DNA of 64,000 nt from contig CAMMBV010000016.1 of NCBI GenBank assembly GCA_946494335.1, positions 847 to 64,846 on the forward strand, in the 5' to 3' direction. The DNA is from an uncultured Ruminococcus sp. (GTDB lineage Bacteria; Bacillota; Clostridia; Lachnospirales; Lachnospiraceae). A program made the translations under genes and the position numbers. Positions 48,101-57,273 of the stretch are shown in pieces; positions within the stretch are counted from its first letter, which is position 1; every line of letters begins with the position of its first letter. The notes below the pieces were generated by a model. That model was not told the origin of the DNA. It ran no database searches and saw only the letters and a program-made list of their open reading frames with translations.

Positions 48101-48104
48101 TGTT

Positions 48105-48170
48105 CAGCCTGGCTTGGCAGGGGAAGAAAAGAATTATTTCGGAGAAAAGCTGACGGCAAAAAAGGACTGA
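48105..48170 (+). pseudogene. Relic of a second jetD-like gene abutting repeat B
   Basis: 48135-48165 matches jetD 45949-45979 at 27 of 31 nt, in the same orientation. Translation ..GEEKNYFGEKLTAKKD-stop compares with JetD residues 90-106 WEEILETYFGEKLTVKKE. Confidence 0.55.
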
Positions 48171-48497
48171 ACAGTCAGTTTTGCGCTGCGGAAGGTGCAG
48201 GCCTCCAGAATCTGTTCTCTGGATTTTTCCGTCTGATGCCGATACTATTCTTTCAAATAATACATTTGTATTCTCCTGTTATCGTGATAAAATTCTGTTT
48301 AAATAATGAGGAAAGGTTCATATTAATTTTATTAAGGAGAAGGATTAACGGTTGAAAACCTTGCAGGAGGCTGTAATCTGTGGTATGGTGAATTATTGGA
48401 AATTGTTTCGCACCAATGATATTTACTGGAGCGGATAAAAGCAAAAAGAGATAGAAGTTTCGAATCATAATTTCAATGTAAAAGGGAGTAAATCAAT

Positions 48498-50336
48498 ATG
48501 TGTGGAATTGTAGGTTATGTAGGAAATAAACAGGCAGCGCCCATTTTGTTAAACGGACTGGAAAAGCTGGAATACCGGGGATATGATTCTGCCGGTCTTG
48601 CCGTACGTGATTGTGAAAAAGAAGTGGAGGTCGTGAAGGCAAAGGGAAGGCTTAAAATCCTGGCGGAGAAGACCAACGGTGGAAATGCCATGGTGGGTAC
48701 CTGCGGAATCGGACACACCAGATGGGCAACCCACGGTGAGCCGTCAGAGGAAAACGCCCATCCCCACTGCAGCGACGACGGCAACGTGGTGGGCGTCCAT
48801 AACGGTATTATAGAAAATTATCAGGAGCTGCGGGATAAACTGGTTCGCAACGGTTATCAGTTCTATTCCTCCACGGATACGGAAGTGGCCATCAAACTGG
48901 TGGATTATTACTATAAAAAATATCTGGGAACGCCGGTTGACGCGCTGAATCATGCCATGGTGCGTATCCGCGGTTCCTATGCGCTGGCAGTGATGTTTCA
49001 TGATTATCCCGGGGAAATATATGTGGCCAGAAAAGACAGCCCCATGATCATCGGAGTGGAAAATGAGGAATCCTATCTGGCGTCGGACGTTCCGGCCATT
49101 CTTGAGTATACCAGAAATGTTTATTATATCGGCAACATGGAGATCGGACGTCTCCAGAAAGGAAACGTTACTTTCTACAATCTGGACGGCGATGAGATTG
49201 AAAAGCCGCTGACAGAGATCGGCTGGGATGCGGAAGCTGCGGAAAAGGCCGGATATGAGCACTTCATGATGAAGGAAATCCATGAGCAGCCCAAGGCTGT
49301 GGCGGACACGATCCATTCTGTAGTAAAGGAAGGGAAGATTGAGCTGGCCGAGGTGGGACTTTCCGAGGAGGAGATCCGGGACATCAGTCAGATTTATATC
49401 GTAGCCTGCGGTTCCGCCTACCATGTGGGCGTGGTGGCACAGTATGTGATGGAGGATCTGGCAAAGATTCCCGTGCGTGTGGAGCTGGCTTCTGAATTCC
49501 GCTACCGCAGACCTCTGCTGGATAAGAAGGGACTTGTGATTGTTATCAGCCAGTCCGGTGAAACAGCGGACAGTCTGGCTGCGCTGCGGGAAGCTAAGGA
49601 GATGGGAGTGAAGACTCTGGCTGTCGTCAATGTGATCGGTTCTTCCATTGCCCGTGAGGCGGATAATGTCTTTTACACCCTGGCGGGACCGGAGATTGCG
49701 GTTGCCACCACGAAAGCCTACAGTACACAGCTGATTGCCTCCTATATTCTTTCCATACAGTTTGCTTTGGTTCGCAATGAGATTACGGAAGAGGAAGCAC
49801 AGAGTCTTCTCACGGAGATGCAGACGCTGCCGGATAAAATCGAAAAGATAATCGAGGACAAAGAGCGTCTTCAGTGGTTTGCCGCCAAGCAGGCATCTGC
49901 AAAGGATATTTTCTTTATCGGCCGTGGAATCGACTATGCCATTTCTCTGGAAGGCAGTCTGAAGATGAAGGAAATCAGCTATATCCATTCAGAGGCTTAT
50001 GCGGCCGGAGAGCTGAAGCACGGAACCATCTCGCTGATCGAGGACGGGACGCTGGTGATCGGTGTGCTGACCCAGCAGGAGCTGTATGAGAAAACGGTCA
50101 GCAACATGGTGGAGTGTAAAAGCCGGGGCGCTTATCTGATGGGACTTACTACCTACGGCAATTACAATATTGAAGATACAGCGGATTTTGTGACTTACAT
50201 TCCGAAGACGGATGTGCATTTTTCGGCATCCCTGGCGGTGGTTCCGCTGCAGCTGATGGGATATTACGTATCGGTGGCAAAGGGTCTGGATGTGGATAAA
50301 CCCAGAAATCTGGCCAAGAGCGTAACCGTGGAATAA
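48498..50336 (+). CDS. glmS: Glutamine--fructose-6-phosphate aminotransferase
   Basis: N-terminal MCGIVGY (Ntn Cys), two SIS domains, C-terminal AKSVTVE. Confidence 0.93.
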   Translation: MCGIVGYVGNKQAAPILLNGLEKLEYRGYDSAGLAVRDCEKEVEVVKAKGRLKILAEKTNGGNAMVGTCGIGHTRWATHGEPSEENAHPHCSDDGNVVGVHNGIIENYQELRDKLVRNGYQFYSSTDTEVAIKLVDYYYKKYLGTPVDALNHAMVRIRGSYALAVMFHDYPGEIYVARKDSPMIIGVENEESYLASDVPAILEYTRNVYYIGNMEIGRLQKGNVTFYNLDGDEIEKPLTEIGWDAEAAEKAGYEHFMMKEIHEQPKAVADTIHSVVKEGKIELAEVGLSEEEIRDISQIYIVACGSAYHVGVVAQYVMEDLAKIPVRVELASEFRYRRPLLDKKGLVIVISQSGETADSLAALREAKEMGVKTLAVVNVIGSSIAREADNVFYTLAGPEIAVATTKAYSTQLIASYILSIQFALVRNEITEEEAQSLLTEMQTLPDKIEKIIEDKERLQWFAAKQASAKDIFFIGRGIDYAISLEGSLKMKEISYIHSEAYAAGELKHGTISLIEDGTLVIGVLTQQELYEKTVSNMVECKSRGAYLMGLTTYGNYNIEDTADFVTYIPKTDVHFSASLAVVPLQLMGYYVSVAKGLDVDKPRNLAKSVTVE

Positions 50337-50373
50337 TTAAGGGTAAAGGTAAAGATAAAGAGTGAAATACATG

Positions 50374-50414
50374 CCCCCGTCTGTTATAATGGTAATACCA
50401 TATAACAGCGGGGG
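50374..50414 (+). promoter_or_regulatory. Long hairpin between glmS and glnA that sequesters the glnA SD
   Basis: CCCCCG(T)CTGTTATA pairs with TATAACAGCGGGGG (14 bp, one bulge). The 3' arm GGGGG is the only SD-like element, 7 nt before ATG 50422. TAATTTT follows. Confidence 0.5.
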
Positions 50415-50421
50415 TAATTTT

Positions 50422-51849
50422 ATGAAAAAAAGCGAAGAAATGAAGAGATTTTGTCAGGAAAAAGGGATCCGCATGATCGACTTTAAAATGACAGATCTGG
50501 ATGGACGATGGAGACACATCACCATTCCGGTGGAGCGGTTTGATGAGGACATCTTTGTTTACGGCATTGGCTTTGACGGCTCCAATTACGGATATGCGCC
50601 GGTGGAAAAAAGCGATATGGTCTTTATCCCGGATCCGGATACTGCCATGGTTGATCCTTTTACGGAGGTTCCCACCCTGACCATGTGCGGGGATGTTTGT
50701 GTTATCGGGGAGGAAAACAAACCTTTTGACCAGTATCCAAGAAATGTAAGTCTGCGGGCCATGGAGTACATGAAGGAGCTGGGCGTGGCTGATGAGATGC
50801 TCATCGGGCCGGAATTTGAATTCCATCTTCTGGATAATGTAAGCTACATGGTCAGTCCTCAGAAAAGCGCCTATACGCTGGACACAAAACAGGCTGCCTG
50901 GAACAGCGGAAAAGAGAGCTGGGACAATGGGGGATTTCAGGTAAAGGGCCACGGCGGATACCATATCGCGGCGCCCCATGACATCGCCTACAGTCTGCGC
51001 AGCAGGATGTGTATGCTGCTGGAAGAGTGGGGTGTGGACGTCAAATACCATCACCATGAGGTGGGTGGTTCCGGCCAGATGGAGATTGAGGTGGAACTGG
51101 GCGATATGGTGGATATGGCGGATAAAACCATGATAATTAAATACGTGATCAAAAACGCAGCTATGAAGGATGGAAGGACGGCCACCTTTATGCCAAAGCC
51201 AATCTATCAGGAAGCGGGCAACGGCATGCATGTGCATATGCTTCTGAAAAAAGAGGGACAGCCTGTTTTTTATGACAAGGACGGATACTCCGGTTTAAGC
51301 CGGACAGCCCATTATTTTATGGGTGGGCTTTTAAAGCATGTATCTTCTCTGTGTGCCTTTACCAACCCCTCCACCAATTCCTTTAAGCGGCTGGTGCCGG
51401 GATACGAGGCCCCGGTAACCATCGGATACGCCACATCCAACAGAAGCGCGGTGATCCGTATCCCGGCTTATGCAAAATCGCCGGACAAGAAACGTTTTGA
51501 GTTACGCAATCCGGATGCCACCTGCAATCCCTATTATGCATACGCGGCCATACTGATGGCGGGACTGGACGGGGTGCGCAATAAGATTGATCCGGCGAAA
51601 GAGGGATGGGGACCTTATGACTGCAACCTTTATGAGCTTCCCGAGGAAGAAAAGAAAAAGATTGCTTCACTGCCAAGAAGCCTGGAGGAGGCGCTGGATG
51701 CTCTGGAGCAGGATCATGAGTATCTGACGGAGGGAGGCGTATTTCCGCAGCGGCTGATTGATATCTGGATTGCGAGAAAGCGGGCGGAAGCCCTGCGGAT
51801 TTCTCAGATTCCTCATCCGGCGGAATTTGAAGCGTATTTCGATTTATAA
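50422..51849 (+). CDS. glnA: Glutamine synthetase (type I, GlnA)
   Basis: 475 aa from MKKSEEMKRF. The sequence is GS type-I-like throughout (..NGMHVHM.., ..SNRSAVIRIP..). Confidence 0.9.
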   Translation: MKKSEEMKRFCQEKGIRMIDFKMTDLDGRWRHITIPVERFDEDIFVYGIGFDGSNYGYAPVEKSDMVFIPDPDTAMVDPFTEVPTLTMCGDVCVIGEENKPFDQYPRNVSLRAMEYMKELGVADEMLIGPEFEFHLLDNVSYMVSPQKSAYTLDTKQAAWNSGKESWDNGGFQVKGHGGYHIAAPHDIAYSLRSRMCMLLEEWGVDVKYHHHEVGGSGQMEIEVELGDMVDMADKTMIIKYVIKNAAMKDGRTATFMPKPIYQEAGNGMHVHMLLKKEGQPVFYDKDGYSGLSRTAHYFMGGLLKHVSSLCAFTNPSTNSFKRLVPGYEAPVTIGYATSNRSAVIRIPAYAKSPDKKRFELRNPDATCNPYYAYAAILMAGLDGVRNKIDPAKEGWGPYDCNLYELPEEEKKKIASLPRSLEEALDALEQDHEYLTEGGVFPQRLIDIWIARKRAEALRISQIPHPAEFEAYFDL

Positions 51850-51856
51850 AAGCACC

Positions 51857-51885
51857 TTGCATTTTATAATAAGAAGTGATACAAT
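51857..51885 (+). promoter_or_regulatory. Candidate promoter of the rimP-nusA-infB operon
   Basis: TTGCAT, a 17-nt spacer, then TACAAT. It lies upstream of the hairpin at 51915. Confidence 0.45.
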
Positions 51886-51914
51886 AAATAAGAATTATCA
51901 ATAGTTACTAATCT

Positions 51915-51946
51915 GAGAGTGGGCTTGAAAGAGCCCGCTCTTTTAT
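51915..51946 (+). terminator. Intrinsic terminator after glnA / possible attenuator in the rimP-nusA leader
   Basis: 9-bp stem AGAGTGGGC / GCCCGCTCT (one G-U pair) followed by TTTT. Confidence 0.65.
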
Positions 51947-51978
51947 ATGGAGAAAAACCAGACAGGGGAAAGGCAGGG

Positions 51979-52452
51979 ATGATAATGAGCAAAAGGGAGG
52001 TTTACGAGCAGAAAGCCGAAAAGCTTCTGGAACCCATTGTGCAGGAACATGATTTTGAGCTGGTGGATGTGGAATATGTCAAAGAGGGCGGAAACTGGTA
52101 TCTGAGAGCTTACATTGACAAAGAAGGCGGCATCACCATTGACGACTGTGAGATTGTCAGCCGTGCCTTTGGCGATGTGCTGGATAAGGATGATTTCATA
52201 GAGGATTCCTATATTCTGGAAGTAAGTTCACCGGGACTGGGACGGCCTCTGAAAAAAGAAAAGGATTACGCCAGAAGCATAGGAAAAAAACTGGAGATCA
52301 GGACTTACCGTGCGGTGAATGAACAGAAAGAATTCTACGGCATACTGACTGCATATGATAGTAACAGCGTGACTGTAAAAGAAGAAGACGGAGAAGAGAA
52401 AACCTTTCAGAAAGATGAAATTGCATTGATACGTCTTGCATTTGACTTTTGA
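51979..52452 (+). CDS. rimP: Ribosome maturation factor RimP
   Basis: LEPIV....FELVDVEY.KEG....LR.YID pattern. The start is either ATG 51979 or 51985; the track ORF starts at 51919. Confidence 0.88.
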   Translation: MIMSKREVYEQKAEKLLEPIVQEHDFELVDVEYVKEGGNWYLRAYIDKEGGITIDDCEIVSRAFGDVLDKDDFIEDSYILEVSSPGLGRPLKKEKDYARSIGKKLEIRTYRAVNEQKEFYGILTAYDSNSVTVKEEDGEEKTFQKDEIALIRLAFDF

Positions 52453-52476
52453 AATATTTAGGAGGAAAAGAGAAAA

Positions 52477-53664
52477 ATGAACACAGAGTTACTGGAAGCG
52501 TTGAATATTCTGGAGCAGGAGAAAAACATCAGCAAAGATACACTGCTGGAGGCCATTGAGCAGTCTCTGATCCAGGCCTGTAAGAATCATTTCGGAAAAG
52601 CGGATAATGTGAAAGTAAATATCAATCCGCAGACCTGTGATTTCGGAGTGTACGCGGAAAAAACAGTGGTGGAGGAAGTTCTGGATCCGGTGCTGGAGAT
52701 CAGTCTTGCCAACGCCAAGATGATTGACTCAAAATATGAAGTGGGCGACGTGGTGAATGTGGAAATCAAGTCCAAGGAGTTTGGCAGAATCGCTACGCAG
52801 AACGCCAAGAACGTGATTCTTCAGAAAATCCGCGAGGAAGAGCGAAAAGTTCTTTATAATGAGTACTTCGAGAAGGAAAAAGATGTGATTACCGGTATTG
52901 TACAGAGAAATCTGGGCAAAAACATCAGCGTCAATCTGGGCAGGGTGGACGCCATGCTCAATGAATCAGAGCAGGTGAAAACAGAGCATTTCCGTCCTAC
53001 GGAGCGTATTAAGGTCTATGTGCTGGAGGTGAAGGATACGCCGAAGGGACCGAAGATTCAGGTTTCCAGAACACATCCGGAACTGGTAAAACGTCTCTTT
53101 GAATCGGAGGTTACGGAAGTCAGAGACGGAATCGTGGAAATCAAAAGCATTGCCAGAGAGGCTGGTTCCCGTACGAAGATTGCCGTATGGTCCAATGACC
53201 CGGATGTGGATCCGGTGGGCGCCTGCGTGGGTATGAACGGCGCCAGAGTCAATGCCATCGTGGAAGAGCTGCGGGGTGAAAAGATCGATATCATCAACTG
53301 GGATGAAAATCCAGCCTTTTTGATTGAAAATGCGCTGAGTCCGGCCAAAGTCATTTCCGTTATGGCTGACCCGGATGAAAAGACGGCTCAGGTGATCGTG
53401 CCGGATTATCAGCTGTCGCTGGCCATCGGAAAAGAAGGGCAGAACGCCAGACTGGCGGCCCGTCTCACCGGATATAAGATTGATATCAAGAGTGAAACCC
53501 AGGCAAGAGAGGCCGGAATATTCGACGACATTGAAGAGTATGACGATGAGTATGAGGACGATGAGTTCGCAGCAGAAGACGGGGAGCAGGAGTACGAAGA
53601 GTATGATGAAGAAAATGAAGGTGCCGATGCGCAAATGCACGGGGTGCCAGGAGATGAAGAATAA
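52477..53664 (+). CDS. nusA: Transcription termination/antitermination factor NusA
   Basis: N-terminal domain, S1 and two KH domains (..VGACVGMNGARV.., ..LAIGKEGQNARLA..), and a long acidic tail. Confidence 0.93.
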   Translation: MNTELLEALNILEQEKNISKDTLLEAIEQSLIQACKNHFGKADNVKVNINPQTCDFGVYAEKTVVEEVLDPVLEISLANAKMIDSKYEVGDVVNVEIKSKEFGRIATQNAKNVILQKIREEERKVLYNEYFEKEKDVITGIVQRNLGKNISVNLGRVDAMLNESEQVKTEHFRPTERIKVYVLEVKDTPKGPKIQVSRTHPELVKRLFESEVTEVRDGIVEIKSIAREAGSRTKIAVWSNDPDVDPVGACVGMNGARVNAIVEELRGEKIDIINWDENPAFLIENALSPAKVISVMADPDEKTAQVIVPDYQLSLAIGKEGQNARLAARLTGYKIDIKSETQAREAGIFDDIEEYDDEYEDDEFAAEDGEQEYEEYDEENEGADAQMHGVPGDEE

Positions 53665-53881
53665 AAAGGAAATGATACGTGTCCTGAAAACGCCGGAAGA
53701 TGAGATTGTTCTGGATGCAACGGGCAGAAAGAACGGCCGGGGCGCTTACCTTTGCTTTTCCAGAGAGTGTCTGGAAAAAGCGATGAAAAACAAGGGGCTG
53801 GAACGGTCCCTGAAGACGGCGGTTCCACAGAGCGTTTACGAATCCCTGAAAAAGGAGCTGGAAGAGATTGAACGAACGTAA
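53615..53881 (+). CDS. ylxR: YlxR/RnpM family (DUF448) RNA-binding protein
   Basis: MKVPMRKCTGCQEMKNKKEMIRV...GRGAYLC signature. The conserved RKC.GC motif forces a start at or before 53627, inside the nusA 3' end. Confidence 0.8.
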   Translation: MKVPMRKCTGCQEMKNKKEMIRVLKTPEDEIVLDATGRKNGRGAYLCFSRECLEKAMKNKGLERSLKTAVPQSVYESLKKELEEIERT

Positions 53882-54191
53882 GGCGCTGTCCCTGATCGGC
53901 CTGGCAGCCAAAGCAGGCAAGGTGGCCAGCGGGGAATTTTCTACGGAAAAAGCGGTGAAAACAAAGAAAGCATATCTGGTAATTGTGGCGGAAGATGCTT
54001 CCGGCAACACGAAGAAGAAGTTTCAGAATATGTGCATCTATTACAAGGTACCCTGTTATTTTTTTGGAGAGAAAGCAAGCCTTGGGAGAGCCATTGGAAA
54101 AGAGTACCGGGCTTCCCTGGCAGTTCAGGATGAAAACCTGGGCAGGGCTTTGGAAGGACAATTGTTGAAAGTGACTGAGCAGAAAGGATAG
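53868..54191 (+). CDS. ylxQ: L7Ae/L30e-family protein YlxQ
   Basis: LIGLAAKAGKVASGE...AYLVIVAEDAS.NTKKK pattern. Confidence 0.8.
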   Translation: MNERKALSLIGLAAKAGKVASGEFSTEKAVKTKKAYLVIVAEDASGNTKKKFQNMCIYYKVPCYFFGEKASLGRAIGKEYRASLAVQDENLGRALEGQLLKVTEQKG

Positions 54192-54212
54192 GCAGAAAGG
54201 TCAGGTGGTAGA

Positions 54213-56855
54213 ATGCCAAACATCAGAGTGCATGAAATTGCCAGAGAAATAGGAAAAACCAACAAGGAAGTCATTACGTTTTTGAAAGATCACGGCATCG
54301 ACGTCAAAAGCCATATGAGTTCTTTGAAAGAAGCGGAGGAGAAGTTATTGAGAGATACATTTGACAAAGAAAAAGATGTGAAAAACGAAAAGAAAGGCGA
54401 GACACGCAGCGAAGCCAGACCGAAGAAAAAATCCAATATCATCCAGGTGTTCCGTCCCCAGAATGCGACGACCCCGGAGGGGAAAAACTATGGAAAGGCA
54501 AGACGTTCTGAATCCAGACAGGGAGCCGGACAAAAAGCAGCTTCCCAGGGAGGAAAGACGTCTCAGCGGCCAGCACGTCAGTCTCAGACAGCGGGCGGGG
54601 CAAAACCTGCGCAGAATCACGGACCTGCAAAACAGAGCCAGGGAGCGGGAAATGGAAAAGCGCCTGCATCTCATCAGAAACAGGTTCAGGCAGCTTCGGT
54701 GGAAAATACAGGACGCCCGTCAGGAAATCAGAATCAGAGACCGCCGCGCGGCGAGGGAGGAAGAAGATTCTCAAACGACAGAGAGAAAGACAGAGACAGA
54801 GATAAGGACAGAGAGCGGGATGGAAAAGACTTCCGCAAAGGCGGCCAGGACAACAGAAAGTCAGGCGGCAGAAAAGCCCAGTCTGATGCAGTGGATACTT
54901 CCATGATGCAGAAACCCTCCAGAGATCTCAGAAAAGAGAAGGAAAAGGAGAAAGAAAAAGAGAAGGTTAAAGAAAAAGAAAAATTCAGCAATGACCGTCA
55001 AAAAGGCGGCAGACGTCCAAACCAGGGCTTCCGTCAGCAGTCCAGACTGCCCAAGGCTCTCCAGAAACCGGTTCATCAGCATAAAGAAGAAAAGAAAGCG
55101 GAAGTAAAGGAGATTGTACTTCCGGAGAAAATGACAATCCGGGAGCTGGCTGAGAAGATGAAGATGCAGCCGGCTGTGATTGTGAAAAAGCTTTTCATGG
55201 AAGGCATCATGGTGACGGTGAACCATGAGATCGATTTCGAAAAAGCACAGGAGATCGCACTGGAGTATGACATTATCGCAGAACCGGAAGAAAAAGTGGA
55301 TGTGATCGAGGAGCTTCTGAAAGAGGAAGAGGAAGATGCAAGCACTCTGGTTCCCAGACCGCCGGTAGTCTGTGTCATGGGACACGTAGACCACGGAAAA
55401 ACCTCTCTTCTGGACGCCATCCGTAATACCCATGTGACGGATCGGGAGGCCGGAGGAATCACCCAGCACATCGGTGCTTACATGGTCAATGTCAACGGAC
55501 AGAAGATCACCTTCCTGGATACGCCGGGACACGAAGCATTTACCGCCATGCGTATGCGCGGCGCCAATGCGACGGATATCGCCATTTTGGTGGTGGCTGC
55601 CGACGACGGCGTGATGCCCCAGACCATTGAGGCCATCAACCATGCGAAGGCGGCAGGCGTGGAAATCATTGTGGCCATCAATAAAATTGATAAGCCCAGC
55701 GCCAATGTGGAACGGGTGAAACAGGAGCTTTCCGAATATGAGCTGATTCCCGAAGACTGGGGCGGCAGCACCATCTTCGTTCCGGTATCCGCTCATACAC
55801 AGGAGGGTATCGAAGATCTGCTGGAGATGATTCTTCTTACTGCGGAAGTATGCGAACTGAAAGCAAATCCAAAGAGAAGAGCAAGAGGTCTGGTGATCGA
55901 GGCGAAACTGGATAAGGGCAAAGGTCCGGTTGCAACTATTCTGGTACAAAAAGGTACGCTCCATGTGGGTGATTTTATCGCAGCTGGTGCATGCTCCGGT
56001 AAAGTCAGAGCCATGATGGATGATAAGGGACGCCGGGTGAAAGAGGCAGGACCCTCCACTCCGGTGGAGATTCTGGGCTTGAGTGACGTGCCCAATGCAG
56101 GAGAAGTGCTGGTGGCGACGGAAAATGACAAAGAGGCGAAAAACTTTGCAGCCACCTTCGTCTCAGAAAACAGAAACCGTCTGCTGGAGGAGACCAAGTC
56201 CAAGATGTCTTTGGATGATCTGTTCAGTCAGATCCAGGAAGGAAACTTAAAAGAGCTGGGAATCGTGGTGAAAGCGGATGTACAGGGATCTGTGGAAGCG
56301 GTGAAACAGAGTCTGACCAAGCTGTCCAATGACGAGGTGGTAGTGAAGATTGTCCACGGCGGAGTGGGCGCCATCAACGAGTCCGACGTTACCCTGGCTT
56401 CCGCATCCAATGCCATCATCATCGGCTTTAATGTACGTCCTGACGCTACGGCAAAAGCCATTGCGGAGCAGGAAGGCGTGGACGTTCGTCTGTACCGCGT
56501 GATTTATCAGGCCATTGAAGATGTGGAGGCGGCCATGAAAGGTCTTCTGGATCCTGTATTTGAGGAAAAGGTTATCGGTCATGCAGAGGTGCGTCAGATC
56601 TTCAAGGCTTCCGGCGTTGGAAATATTGCAGGAAGCTACGTGATGGACGGTGTGTTCCAGAGAGGATGCAAGGTGCGGATCAGCAGAGAAGGAAAGCAGA
56701 TCTTCGAAGGAGCGCTGGCTTCCCTGAAGCGGTTCAAGGATGACGTAAAAGAAGTCAAGTCAGGCTATGAGTGCGGTCTGGTATTTGAAGGATTCAATGA
56801 TATTCAGGAACTTGATCAGGTAGAGGCATATATCATGGTGGAAGTGCCAAGATAA
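54213..56855 (+). CDS. infB: Translation initiation factor IF-2
   Basis: G-domain motifs [20 protein letters not shown] and NKIDK. The N-terminus is long, low-complexity and K/E/R/D-rich. Confidence 0.95.
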   Translation: MPNIRVHEIAREIGKTNKEVITFLKDHGIDVKSHMSSLKEAEEKLLRDTFDKEKDVKNEKKGETRSEARPKKKSNIIQVFRPQNATTPEGKNYGKARRSESRQGAGQKAASQGGKTSQRPARQSQTAGGAKPAQNHGPAKQSQGAGNGKAPASHQKQVQAASVENTGRPSGNQNQRPPRGEGGRRFSNDREKDRDRDKDRERDGKDFRKGGQDNRKSGGRKAQSDAVDTSMMQKPSRDLRKEKEKEKEKEKVKEKEKFSNDRQKGGRRPNQGFRQQSRLPKALQKPVHQHKEEKKAEVKEIVLPEKMTIRELAEKMKMQPAVIVKKLFMEGIMVTVNHEIDFEKAQEIALEYDIIAEPEEKVDVIEELLKEEEEDASTLVPRPPVVCVMGHVDHGKTSLLDAIRNTHVTDREAGGITQHIGAYMVNVNGQKITFLDTPGHEAFTAMRMRGANATDIAILVVAADDGVMPQTIEAINHAKAAGVEIIVAINKIDKPSANVERVKQELSEYELIPEDWGGSTIFVPVSAHTQEGIEDLLEMILLTAEVCELKANPKRRARGLVIEAKLDKGKGPVATILVQKGTLHVGDFIAAGACSGKVRAMMDDKGRRVKEAGPSTPVEILGLSDVPNAGEVLVATENDKEAKNFAATFVSENRNRLLEETKSKMSLDDLFSQIQEGNLKELGIVVKADVQGSVEAVKQSLTKLSNDEVVVKIVHGGVGAINESDVTLASASNAIIIGFNVRPDATAKAIAEQEGVDVRLYRVIYQAIEDVEAAMKGLLDPVFEEKVIGHAEVRQIFKASGVGNIAGSYVMDGVFQRGCKVRISREGKQIFEGALASLKRFKDDVKEVKSGYECGLVFEGFNDIQELDQVEAYIMVEVPR

Positions 56856-56889
56856 AAAACATCTAACATCTTTGGTGAGCGAGGAAATT

Positions 56890-57273
56890 ATGAGAAAAAA
56901 CAGTATAAAAAATACCCGTATCAACGGGGAAGTGCAAAGAGAACTCAGTCTGATTATCCAAAAGGAGATCAAAGATCCCAGGATCCATATGATGACTTCT
57001 GTGACAGCGGCGGAGGTAGCTCCGGATCTGAAAACCTGCAAGGTTTATATCAGTGTGTTGGGAAATGACAGGGAAAAAGAAGACACTCTGGCAGGGCTGC
57101 GCAGCGCGGAGGGATATATCCGCAGGCTGCTGGCAAAAAATCTGAACCTGCGCAATACACCTGCCATTTCCTTCCGGCTGGACACCTCCATTGAGTATGG
57201 TGTGGCCATGTCAAGGAAAATAGCAGATTTAGAAAGCCATGAGACTGAGGAAAATGATAATGAAGAAGCTTGA
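56890..57273 (+). CDS. rbfA: Ribosome-binding factor A
   Basis: R..R...E.QRELS.II..EIKDPR pattern. ATG at 56890. Confidence 0.9.
   Translation: MRKNSIKNTRINGEVQRELSLIIQKEIKDPRIHMMTSVTAAEVAPDLKTCKVYISVLGNDREKEDTLAGLRSAEGYIRRLLAKNLNLRNTPAISFRLDTSIEYGVAMSRKIADLESHETEENDNEEA

Larger units (their letters stand above)
47108..48104 (+). repeat. Direct repeat, copy B (~1.0 kb)
   Basis: Collinear with 36787-37754. It carries scattered substitutions, small indels in the leader, and one extra 24-nt unit. Confidence 0.9.

Noticed and set aside
48105-48497. Expected glmS ribozyme in the ~390-nt AT-rich region upstream of glmS.
   Set aside because: I could not find the conserved core strings I remember (AGCGCCAGAACU..., GACGAGGA, GGCGGAUGCC) on the plus strand. 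A covariance-model search (RF00234) would be decisive. Without it I will not call a ribozyme.
50337-50421. Tn7-like insertion site (attTn7) downstream of glmS.
   Set aside because: Only 85 nt separate glmS from glnA, and they contain a single hairpin. The accessory island lies upstream (5') of glmS, not at its 3' end, so it is not a Tn7-type insertion.
54740-54990. Short tandem-looking repeats (GAGAAAGA / GACAGAGA / AAAGAGAAGGAAAAGGAG) that could be mistaken for a repeat array.
   Set aside because: They are in frame within infB and encode the low-complexity [15 protein letters not shown] / [17 protein letters not shown] linker of IF-2. There is no spacer/repeat periodicity typical of CRISPR.
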